NCBI GenBank assembly: GCA_002633005.1
Contig: NMRA01000324.1
Span: forward strand, 438,624 to 502,623
Length of the DNA: 64,000 bases
From: Phoronis australis
Lineage: Eukaryota; Animalia; Phoronida
Reading direction: 5' to 3'
Notes under the pieces: model-generated
Told to the model about the DNA's origin: nothing
Database searches by the model: none
The model's input: the letters and a program-made list of their open reading frames with translations, nothing else
Shown here: piece by piece, positions 1 through 12,100 of the stretch
Layout: every line of letters begins with the position of its first letter
Numbering within the stretch: the first letter of the stretch is position 1
Made by a program: the position numbers and the translations under genes

Positions 1-1149
1 GCTCTAATGTCATACCTCCACGGAGCTCAAAGTCATATGATGACTATGCCAAAGAAGATTTTCTGCCAAAGTTGGGGTGCAATGCTGCCAAATACGAACG
101 GGTGGACATTGATGTCTACTAGAAGCTGAGTCTGAAGTCCGAAACCAGAACCAAAAGAGGACTTGGGATCAGGAGAAGAGTAACAGGAAGTACCAAGACG
201 CCTCAAAAGTGGAGAAGCTTTCTGCGAGATGATAGCAATAAGACTGAACTATTTAATTTCCTCGCAGAGAAAACGCGTGACATTGAGACAACGAGCACCA
301 TCATCGTGACTATGGGGGATAAGGTCATCAGCAACAGAGTGAGGTCCCTAGATGCCGTGGCCCCATGCTTCCATAAGGAAGCTGACGCCAGAGTATTTGT
401 ACATACAAGGGACGCCACCTCACAAGTTAGCAAGTCCACTATCATCAAAGCAAACGACACTGGTGTTGTCGTCATAGCAGTGTTGACCATGCCATTCTTA
501 CAACGCCATGGGTTAGAACACGTGTGGCTAGCCTATGGACAAGGAGCCAGTGCTCAGTGGATTCCCGTTCACGAGGTAGTTTCTTTAATGGGGCTGAAGA
601 AAGTCAGTGGTATCCTTTTCTTCCATGCTTTCACAGGCTGTGATGTGGTTTCAGGTTTTCGTGGCCAAAGAAAACATCTGCAGGGCTGACAGAGGATGTG
701 TGTGATGACGTTACTGAAACCTTCAGGAAACTCAGCTACAGTTCGGGAGAAATTTCAGATGATCATCTGCAGAATCTGGAGAGCTTCGTTGTTGTAATGT
801 ATGACAGATCCAATTCAGATAGTGGGGTCAACAAGGCACGGTTGGATCTCTTTGTCTGCAAGCAGAGGACTTATGATGCGATCCCACCAACCAGAGATGA
901 CATGCTGCCTAACGAAGTGGGATCATCTGGAGCAAGGCGAATCTCGAACCCACAAACCAGCACTCCAGCTGACTGGGGTAGGATTCAATGTGAACATGGC
1001 AAATACACGGGACAACCCTTCTACCAACAGCTGCATGCTGCCAGGAATTAACCAAATGCTGCAGTAAGAAAGGCTGCACTCGAAGGTGCAAATGTTTTTG
1101 AGCAGGACTTTCTTATAACGCTCTGTGTAGTTGTGTATGTGACCAGTAA
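1..1149 (+). pseudogene. C-terminal part of an Academ(X)-type transposon protein (XPG/PIN-like nuclease domain plus C-terminal Cys-rich finger), with stops and frameshifts
   Basis: Translates to YERVDIDVY*...KWRSFLRDDSNKTELFNFLAEK...PCFHKEADARVFVH...ANDTGVVVI...FFHAFTGCDVVSGFRG...VNKARLDLF...IPPT...WG, then a Cys-rich tail ending at TAA 1147-1149. These motifs are typical of Academ XPG-like ORFs. Confidence 0.7.
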
Positions 1150-1643
1150 CGTCGTTGTGTAAAGGAATTTATAATAGACAATAGATTCTGAACAACATAT
1201 TATTTTAGCATTAATGTGATGTTCATGCTCGACTATGTTTGTGATTTATTATTCCGTCCATTTATTTTGTATTTGATGTTCGAAAGCACAGTTCCGTTTC
1301 TCGTTAATAAAATGCATTTTGATGTTGTAATTTCTTGCTTATTTTATCAGTAGTTGCCCATATGGTATTAAAATGCTTCTGAAAATATCAAAAATGGATT
1401 CAGCATATCCAAAAACATACAATTTAACAACAAGTTCATGAAAATCGGTTGGGCAGAGACAGATTTACGAGAAAAAGCATTACTCACAAGCATCAAATGG
1501 CGGCCATTTTGAAAAAGGACCGCCATTTTGGATTTTTAGGTGGCTAGTCGGGTAGATCTGTTGAGTATACCTTAAAATGTCACCATGCCGATTTTGGTGC
1601 TTATATCATCAAATGCATGATTTTTCCACTATCTGCCCAGCTG
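1150..1643 (+). mobile_element. 3' non-coding end of the Academ-like element
   Basis: AATAAA near 1306 and repeated GGCGGCCATTTTG-type subterminal motifs (1498-1530). Abrupt switch to LINE RT sequence after ...ATCTGCCCAGCTG at about 1643. The other end lies outside the window. Confidence 0.5.
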
Positions 1644-4600
1644 TTAATGAAAAGAACTGCACCGTCTGCATACTGTCTCCTAATGTGAAGCCTCTAATTA
1701 ATTTATTGCTTCTGATATGATATGATGTAATATAATTTCCGCACGCATGACCAACAGCGGACTTGATAGTGGATCTCCTTGTCGGAGGCCTTTCTCTATA
1801 TTAAAATACTGTAATATAAATCCGTTGTTCAACACACATGACGAAATTCCAGAATACAGTGTACGGATTCTATTGATAAAAACGTCCACAAAAGTGAAAG
1901 CTTTTAAGGACTAAAATAAAAACTCCCACTTTACCGTATCGCACACTTTCTTGAAATCGAGGAATTCAATGTGACCGAGGATGTGCTTTTCTTTATAAAA
2001 TTCAATCATATCGTCAATTACACGTATATTCTGGCCTATATAACGTTTTATCAATGATGATTGATCTCGATGAATTAAATTTTCAATATATTTGTATATT
2101 TTGTTTGCGATTGTTTTAGTTATTAATTTATAGTCACAGTTCAAAAGAGAGATTGGTCTCCAATTGTCTAAAGATACAGCACACATCACGAATTTTTGGC
2201 CGCCCGGTCGGAAATTAGTCGACGACTAGCCGTCGACCGGTCGGCTAATTTGCCGACCGGTCGGCTAAAAATTAGCCGACCGGCAGCCGCCCGCAGTGCC
2301 GACTCATGAGGCGACTCCCCAGCCGACCCTTCAGCCAACCCTTCAGCTGACCGGCCATCAGCCGACCAGCTGGACGGCTGCTATTTTTAGGCTAGAGTAG
2401 CAGTTGCGTAATAGGTTGTCAGGCTGATACCACTTTGCGTGTCGATGCATATTCGTCTTAGCACAGGGTCAAATAAATTAACCTAGTTTTACTGTCTCGG
2501 TTACATGAATTCTCGTCGGTTGTGTAATACCACTAATTCGATGGTTGAAGGCAAGCGGTAATAGTAAACATTGGATTATGCAACAAGTTTTGGATGAAAA
2601 ACGTGAATGTTTTCTTTACATTTGATCTTTAATTTGACTCGTGACTTTAAAAAGATGTATTAGATCGGTTGCTTCCCGGTCAATACAACGCTGTAGTCAT
2701 TTTGTAAACGCAGCTTTTTTAGCAGTCTTCGCCCGCAGTTGATTTCAAGTTGTTTGTGTAACGCCAAACGGCATCTTTTTGCGTTTTTTTAAGTTAGTCA
2801 CCGGTATCCTGTCACGCGTCCATGATGATGGATTAGTGAGTGAGTTCTTACACCGCGAAAAGCTCTCACTCTAGGGATTTTATTTTCATAGTATTGACCC
2901 TTGCAGTACAGACGCGAAATTCACGGTCCAGTATGCCCTAAACCCACGGACTTCGATGGCTCTATCTTCGAAATCTTATTATGGTTACGATTTCCACGAA
3001 CTAAGACGGTGACATAACCACTGTTGAGGCTACAGCAAAGTAGCCTTGCGCATTCCGTTTTCAGTGTATCGGTGACGTTAAAATCTGGGCTAGCAGTTAC
3101 ATGTATACACGTAGTCCCCTATCAGTTGGTCGTTCACGTTGTTCCAAAAATAAATATTTTCTGTCAACAACATATTGACAAATTATGCAAAATAAAACAA
3201 TTGTGAACGGCAAGATGTGAATACGTGGTGAAGAGGTATTTGTCTCTACGCGGCATATGTGCGTGAAACTTTGGTAAAGCGATTGCGATGGCAAAAAATG
3301 ATAGAAAATACACAAAGGTGCACTTTTGAGAAGCAAAGCGTCTGGTGATCTTGATAGCGTACATGTATGATCTGGCCACCTCAGGTAGTAAGTGACGCTG
3401 AATGAGAAGTGGTAACTACATGTTTGGCGCGAAAATAAAAAAATCATGCTTGTATTGCCAGCCACCCCCCTCCCCGAATTTTGCACATTCTAATGAGTCA
3501 CCACTCGAGATTTGGTTCCGTTTCAGTCCTAAAATCGCATAATAATTCTGTGCTCAGCTGTAAGAAAAAATACAATTTTTTGAAACGGTGCTCAGTCTTA
3601 ATAAAGTTTCCAGCATGAGAGCGCTTTGATCAGAAATGCCAAGCACACGCAGAGTTGTAAGACAGAGACGTTGGCGTTTCCGTATGTCCACAAAAGTGCT
3701 TTGAGCAGTGTGTACAAATTTGTTCATTTCGCTTTTCTGCACTGACGACTATGATCAACACGGTGTTTTAACTACACTTTTGAGTGCATTTTCAAAAATA
3801 AATGTTTGGTTGGTGAATTCAGCGAGTCGGTGCCCACGGGCAGGAAAACGTATCTGCGTAAATAAAGAGTTGCGTTTTCAAAACATTCAGAGCATGAGCT
3901 CAAGGACTACCTGAGACAGAAAATAAAACCGATTACCAAACAGAAACTTGTCCAATGAATATATAGCTCTTGGAAAACTGTTACCCCGAAGAAATGTGCA
4001 AAATACGAACGTCGTTTACGAAAGATTGTACCAGAAGTGATTCGTTGCAGTGGAGCCGCACGGGATAGTAAAAACACTGTGCTGTGCACTAGTTACCTGA
4101 ATGGAAAGCTGAAGCGGAAAAATCCAGAACACACATTTTCTATTCAGGAATTGAAATCTCTGTAGAATCAAAAACAATTGGCAACCAGGATTTATTGCGT
4201 TAGAAAACTTATCACGCCCGGAGAGAATTGTTTTCATGCCCGGAGACTACGTGATCACCCATTATGCAATGATGACAATCCAGTGTGTACCTATACATTG
4301 GCATCTATTGTAAAACGTGGATTAGACGAAAGAAATTCAACCGCATTTCGAAGATAATATATCTGTTGTCGGCGAGAGGTTGAATATATAGCCCTTGTTT
4401 AGTATAGTACGGACAGTATCACTTTGAAAGATCAATGCTTGGGGATGGTGACGTGGTGTTCTGGCGTGAAAGTTACTGACATGGTAAGTTTTTGAACCTG
4501 ACTTATTAAATTTTCAGTTCGGTCGTATTTTATTTTGATCCTGAAGTGAAGAATTTTTGGTCCTCACTTGATAACTTGTAGGTGCTGATGTGATAAATTT

Positions 4601-7600
4601 TCAGTCTTGACGTGGTGAATTTGGTCTTTATTTGCTCTTTGGTCTTCTGTGTGAAAACAATCTCAATGTATTGGATTGTTTTAATTCCTGCTTAAGTAAA
4701 ATGTCTGGTTTTGAGATATTTATTTTTGGTCCTGGAGAGTTTGCATGTTTTGCTTGGTTTTAATCATGCATAGAAAAGATATGTCGTTAAATGTTTCAAA
4801 TTAGGCCTCCCATAAATGGGGAGAGAGCAGGTTGTGTAGCATCGTACTATGTAACTTCTAATATAAATCTAGGTGTTTGTGATTTAGTAATACTATGAAA
4901 AATGAGTAGTTATGACTATGAAAAATGAGTAGTTGAGGCTTCTTTTGAAATACTGTATCCTTTGTATATGCCTGGTGTACATGGCTCAGTGTGATATTAT
5001 CTAAGCTTTATTATCCTCTATGGCTTAACAACTATATATCTTCATTCATGCCTGTAAAAGAGGTACTCCCAGGATCATCAAGCATGTGTATGTTTTTATT
5101 CTAATGAGGCGTGCTTCGAATGTACAATTAGTAATTATACTTTTGCAGTGGTTCATAACAAACGGATTCATTAAACCCAGTAAATATTTTTGCAACTGCT
5201 GACTCTGCATATCAGACGTGCATATTGCATCATACCTCATCAGAGTAAAACTTGTTATCAATCATAGTAGAAAAAATTATTTTTATCATTGCCACAAGAC
5301 GTTAACAAACGCAGTGAGTGTCTGTAACTGTTGTGTCTAGATTGCTGATGAACTAAAGTCGGTCTACATGTATTTCCATTTTTATATCACTGATTCATGC
5401 CAAAGGTTTGAAATTGCGCCCCTTTAAGAGTTTTGACTTGCCCTGTGATCACTAGAATCCGATGCAATAAACTTATAGAAGTTGTTTTTTAACCAGTGTA
5501 ATATAGCTGAAAATTGTGTGCGTTTTCGTTTGCGAGAGTGTTCTTTTTGAATCAATGGGTTAATCATTTTACGCTCTACATGAAAACACAGACTACTTTT
5601 TTTAGGATTACATGTACCAGGTTACCCCGAAAATATTATTTTCAAAGTTTTACCCCTTGGAGTATACGCGAAACGCCAAGTATTGTGTTCTTACGCGAAA
5701 GGGCTCGGAAGGCTGTAGCCTTGGTGCGAAGCTGTTTACTAAATTAAATATACAAATTTGCGCCATTGTGGGTAAAAACTGACCGAATAAAATCTTCCTA
5801 GAGTAAACTAAATTATTTACCAGCGTTGCAAAAAATGGTTTTCTACAATTATTCTGCTGCTAAAGTTATGTTGTGATCTTATGCGTCGACTTTCGCCCCA
5901 ATGAAATATTGCGTCACCTTTTAGCCAGTTTCTTTTTCCCAGATTCTTCAATCAAACGTTCTCCCTCGAGGTTACGTAAACGTCACAACAAATGATCAGA
6001 ATTGGTTTCACTTCATTATATGTTTTTGGAATTTTGATATCAGTGAACCGAATTTTAGAACAAATTTTGCTGAGATGTGTTCATCATCTAATGGGAGATG
6101 TTGAAAACATTTTGGAAGTGGCGCGTGTCACAATGAACTTTTTTCAAAACGACGATATACGTTTTTTCGTTAAAAAGGCAGAGAATTACGCAAGAAGATG
6201 ACGTCGGATGTTTCTCACTTAAACGGCCGTAACGGGCAACTTGAATGCCAATTGACTTCCAGATTTTGCATGCACACCCGCCAGTCTTGAGCTCATGTTG
6301 ATACAAGCTTTTCTACGAGGTGACAAACGTAACTATCCGGGCAGTGTGAAGTATCGAGGTCTGTTTGGTCTCAATAAGCAGTGGCACCTTGCTGTATTTT
6401 GAAAATAGTCTTCATGCAACTAGCTGGCTACATAGGAAGGCTCTAGTTTCGAAAAGAGGTTTTTCTGCGAAATTGACAACAATTTCTGAATGATGATGGA
6501 TGATGGATGACCCTATAAACCGATCAGTCTTCCGTTTTCATGCACCCATGATTTAATATCGGCGCTATGTTCACACCATTATTTATGTTGTTTCTAAAAT
6601 AAAATTGGGTTCTATTGCTGTACCAACATATTAAGAAATTATACAGAAATAAGCAATAATCATCTGTGGTAAATCGCAATATACAGCGTGATGAAGTGAT
6701 CATCAAGAGCAATAACGGATGAGCGCAAATGCGTGAAGCTTGTTGAGCATTCCGCTGCATGAAAACACTTGAGGTCGTGTATTGAGTGTTGTATTCTGAT
6801 TGTTATGCAATTTTACTGTAAATTTCAAATTTCGTGCTGTTTTTTTTGCAAAATGTACTGTATAAAATGTCTCATATCTAAATTTAGAAATTTTGCTTCC
6901 GCGATATCACTTAACGTTTGATTTTACCACGCCGTCATTAATTCAACATTAAGTTTTTGGCTGGTGTAATGTCACGCACTTCGTATTTGTAGGTTGATTC
7001 GATTTTATTTCCTTTCAATAGTTGAACAAAAGTTTATAAACCGATGTCAAGATCTGAGTTGCCAGTGGTGAACGAACAGCGAACAGTAAAATGTTTGTTT
7101 GGCCAAAGTTCACCCGTTAAGTCATAAAATGGTAATTGCCGACCAAGGACACCCTTAATCCGAATTGGTCGTCTACGCCACGCGACCACTTAGCCGACCC
7201 AATTGCCGACCACAGAGGCGACTCAGTAGACGGCTCCTAGCCGACCGTTGTTGGTCGGCTGCTGGTCGGCTAGACGACCGGTCGACGACCGGCCGTCGAC
7301 CGGTCGTCGACCAATTTCCGACCGGTCGGCCAAAAATTCGTGATGTGTGCTGTAGTAATTCCTCGGACTGTTTACTTTTTGGGATTAACGTAATTACGCT
7401 TTGCTTTTGAGAATTGGACATGTAACCGTTTCCAAAGCTGTATGTGACGCTCGCCAAAAATTGTCTTTCATTACCTTCCAAAAGCTTTTATAAAAATCAT
7501 AGCTAATGCCATCATTACCAGACGTCTTGTTACGTTTTGCCTCTAAGAAAGAATCATACAATTCTTCTGCTGTTAGATTTTTTTCTAACTCGTAAGAATC

Positions 7601-8432
7601 TGCCTGAGATAGTTTTTTTGTTTTGGAAAATTAGAAATGTCGATAGGATACGTTCTTTCTCCGTTGCATTCTTCAATATCGGAGTAAAGTTTTTTTGTAA
7701 TAGTTCACTTGCATATTCCGTATGGTTGCTGCAGCATGTATAATTTTAGCACCATTTTTAAGGGTGCTAATATGTTTTCGTTTGCTGTGGCGCAACTCTA
7801 GGTTTTTGAAATATTTTCCTTTCTCGCCTTGTTCTGCCCATTGTGCTTCACTACGCAGAATCGAGCCCATAATTTTTTGGGTCTAGATAACTTGCAAATA
7901 AATTTTGGCTTTTTGTAAATCTTTTTTTTTTAATTCCTCTGAAGGGTCGCTTTCCACCTTGGCCGTCAAAGGATTATTTTTTTCTATTAAACTATTTTTC
8001 CAGAGCGCGTCTTTGCAACATCTTTTGCAAAAGAGATTAAAGTTTTCCTTATTTCTATTTTAAATAATTCCCACACTAAATTTTTGTCTTCAATATATCG
8101 ATATTGAGTACTATAAAATTCGACACATTTAGTTTATTTGTTTATTTAATTGTTATCGTTTAAATAACTAGTGTTAAATTTCCAAATACCAGAACCTCTC
8201 TTCACATTTTCGGATATTTCAAAATGTAAACTAATGGCAGAGTGTTCTGAAAACACAAATTCGTTAATAATGGCAAAGTCTTTGACTGCTACATGTACGT
8301 CTCTGGAAATTAGCCATATGTCAATTGTACTTATCCCTCCAAGTGTACTTCCTCACACCTGGGTTATTTTCACGCCACACGTTGTGCAACTTGAAATTAG
8401 ATTGAAAATGGTTGATGTTCTGTATTACAGGA
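1644..8432 (-). mobile_element. Decayed L1/Tx1-clade LINE ORF2 fragment (endonuclease C-terminus to RT), split by a 5.2 kb TIR element at 2177-7352
   Basis: Minus-strand motifs NVWRENNPGVRKYTW, IDIWLIS, GIWKFN, WAEQGEK..YFKNLE, ITLIPK, NWRPISLLNCDYK, FLDFKK.CDTVKWEFL, GLRQGDPLS, QYADG. Removing the insert plus one TA restores ...QSEELLSLDNWRP in frame. Confidence 0.88.
2177..7352. mobile_element. Non-autonomous TIR DNA transposon with TA target-site duplication and GCCGACC-rich subterminal repeats (copy 1, complete)
   Basis: Begins CAGCACACATCACGAATTTTTGGCCG at 2177 and ends with its reverse complement at 7352. TA at 2175-2176 and 7353-7354. No recognisable transposase. Confidence 0.9.
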
Positions 8433-9131
8433 CTGTACTCAAAATGTCATCTTACCAATCGATTGCTTGAGTACCCTCGATTAAATCATTCTTAATACTC
8501 TGGAATATCTCGCTAGCAAAGCTAATTCCAAACCGTAAACGTTTAAACAAAAACACCCCATAGACGTAGTGATAAGACATCTCTCCTCAAGCAGTGGAAC
8601 AGCCCCAATACCCGCTAGAAGCATCTAGTGTAGTAAAACAGTGGCAGCAGAAAGCTTGTGAGTTACATCATCTCAAGTAGGTAGAACATAACGTTCACGT
8701 TGCACTGCGAGGTCCAGTTTCTTTAAATCTGCGCTTATACAGACACTTCCATCCTTCTTAGCAACAGGAACGATTGGCGCACACCACGGAGTAGGCTGAG
8801 TTACTTGTTCGATTATGTCACCTGCAACCATTTGCTCGATTATAGCCTTAAATTTCGGCATCAGTGATATGGGTATTCGCCTCGCAACCTTCAAGCTGTA
8901 CGGTTGTGCGTTTTCTTCCAAGTGTATTTTTATCGGGTCACCCTTGAGTAGCCATGTTGTAGCAAAAACAGACTCGTTCATTTCACCCACGCGTCGAGCA
9001 GGTCCAATTTTCGTGGAAACATTACGGCTCTACGGAGAACTCTTTGTTCCGGATACAACTAAGATGGGAAACTTGTATTTACTCTCATCATGTGTAAGTT
9101 ACGGACGCGAGAAAAGTGCCTGACGTCTTAA

Positions 9132-12100
9132 GAGTGCAGTACACTTCAGACCAGGCAAAAATCCATACAGGGTTGATAAACCCTATGTGACGGATTTGGA
9201 TCATATTATGCATTTTTGTTTACTTTCTTATGGTAATTACTAAAATGCACTTTAAACAAATTTTATCGCGTTAGGTAGCTTAAAAGTCGGGTACCTCAGT
9301 TTTCACTGAAAACCACTATCAGAACTTACCCAAATAATCACATTTTTGTGACATTGTAAGTAATTACAGTAGCTACTAAAAAATGAAATAGCTACTATTT
9401 TGTATAAAGTCATCCATTGTCTTCGTAAAAATGAAAAGTAAAAGTGTCAAGTTGCACCTTAAATTCCACATTTCGGGTTCGAAGGGTCATGGGTTCGTAC
9501 AGGCAGAAAACATCGATAACTTGCCTACGTTTGAATGAGTTAATCTCAGCTGAAGCCAAAATTTACACTTTGAAACTTAATTGTGGGTTTGATCTATCTT
9601 CGTAGAGTAGATATTTGGCATCAAAACCACCGGCAAACACATGTCTTCATATAGTAATGGGCAATTGTTCGCAGCCACCTCAGCCAAAGTGAGCACTTGT
9701 GACAATAGCTACTAGTCATCGAAAATGTTGAGTTTTGAGATTTAAAAGTGCTCAAATGGTTGTTAAATTATTGTGCTTATTTCTTAGCAAATAGAATTCG
9801 ATAAAATTAGTATTTTCTGTTTTTCTTATTTTTTTACTGTGAATTACCATTTTGATGAAGAGTCCTACAGGTGGCTCTGATACCACTGAAGAAAAATGGC
9901 TGATGAGGTGGTGGAAGTAGTATATATAGTGTGTTCGTTGGCATAATCCTTCAAATCTGGTTTATGGAGCTTCAAAGGAATATCGAAACCATGCAGCAAG
10001 CAATTTAAGCACTAAATGATTGCAGCAAGTCCAAAGCAAGCTATTTGAAATATGTTAAAGTTACCGACCCAGTTCCGTTCAGTGACAGTACTGAAACTGA
10101 AAGTGGCAGCTGATTCTTGCCAAGGTCAGAGTGGGCTTGTTTACAACAGTTTGCCCCCCACCCCCCAGTTTGTGGAAATCGTCGATCTCAGCATGGAATC
10201 AGATGGAGGCCAAGTAAAAGTAAGATATGTGCCCACCTTCAACATCAGAAAGGCTCTAAGGCTAAGCCCAAGGCCAAGCTTGAGTTTGGAATGTAAGTGG
10301 AAATACAGTCAACAAAGAATTTCTGGAAGAACAGAATGTATCGATTCCAGTTGGGTCATGTAAGTTGTTATGCAGCCGCAGGTCATCAATACCTGTTGAT
10401 AACGACTTTATTATATTTGCTTTCTCAACTAGATTCTGACTGCAGTCGCCATGAAGGGCACAACCCTACATGAAGTAAAGCGACACTCGAATACTAGAGT
10501 AATTTTAGTAACTTCTTCCAGTACTGACTTGTATTAGTAAAATATTGTCGAAATACATTCCATTTTATGAATACACATGTGTTAGAAGTGGAAATTTGGT
10601 GTCCATTATCAAAAGATTTAATCGAGCCCTTGTCTCCTAGCTGACACCAATTTCTCATCTAATTCATCTGTAGTCACTTCTGATTGGTCACATTGCTCTA
10701 TCTGTATAACCAGAGATACATAATTTTCCAAATATGCAGTGGAACCCCATTACAACGGGCCTAATTTAATTAAAATGGCTAAAGTTTTAACACCTTTAAG
10801 GTCGCTTATTCCTGAATTATTCAACCTCAATAATAAGACTGGGGAAAACATTTGGGGATTCAAAATACAGCATTCTATTGGAAGTTCTGTTATGCCTACT
10901 TTCCATAAAATTCTATTGCAGGTCTATGCAGAAATTGTAAGCGTTTACCAAAGAAGTTAGCCACTGTTGTTGAGCTTACTACAGAAAGAGTACAAGTAAG
11001 TACTTAGTTAATGAATTAGAGTGTTGTTGCACAAAACCTTTTTCTGAGATTCTTGGTTCCCGGATTAAGTACATCAACATTAAATGATCGCAAAACAGTA
11101 GTTGTAGTAGATTTTTATTTCAGTTGTATTGTGGTTGCTTAAAAGCCTCGTAGACAAATAAAAATGCCGTGCATTCAGCGAATTTTGCGTCTCTGAAGTT
11201 TTACTACACAAGATGTTCATAGTTACAGGAGTATGTAACTACAAGGTTTGCAGGGCTGGTGGGCTTGTAAACTGCGCATTGACTCAAAAACTGGTGACGG
11301 TCTCACTAACTCATCTGCTAGGAAACATTACTGATGGACTGTAACACTGTCTATGTACTTGCAGACAAAACACGTTGCATGTGTGCTGTATTTACTGTCT
11401 TGTCAACCATGTCTCTCAGACAAAGTGGATTTGGCTTTACGCACTGTAATTTTTGGGTGCACAAGTTATGTTTTGCGAGTTTGGGCCAGAGCTTGTGAGT
11501 CAATGGATAGCCTTAACAGACTTTGAACTTTGTTTATTTGAGGAGCTATGTTCATAAGTGCACAGTCTGTTTAGTTCTGTGCCAGTTATTTCACCACAAC
11601 TGTCAACACTTGCAAATTCCTCTGAGAGGGAAGACTGCTTGTAATGAAAGCTTAGGTACTCCAAATAGGTCATAACAGGATTTTTATAGTTGCTCCGGGT
11701 TGTTTTAGTGACCACTGAGGCAAATTTTGAAAATTGCATTAGCTAAAAATGTTGAAGATGCAATTGTATTCCTTTTAGCCTGAAAATCATGTACTAAAAC
11801 ATAAAATTTTCTCAATCAGTATCATGGCATGAAGAGTGTTGGATCTGGTCCTAACTTTATGGCATTTCGAAATTGATGGCTTTCCAGATTTAATTAGTGA
11901 ACTTACATTTTGATTAATTGACGACATCTTTTGTTTTGAGTGCTGCTTGCACACAATGAGGGTTGCATGCGTATGTGAGTTGCACACAATGAGGGTTGCA
12001 TGCGTATGTGAGTGGCCATCTTTCCAAGCTATTTTGAATGGTGAAAATAAATACTTTGGGTAAAGGCTATTTATGGAAAATATAATTCTTGTGTTTACGG

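Noticed and set aside
7165-7481. Arg/Ser-rich ORFs on both strands
   Set aside because: Translations of GC-rich subterminal repeats, one fused to a LINE fragment.
11947-12012. Perfect 33-bp tandem duplication
   Set aside because: Simple local duplication in a decayed element; no further structure.
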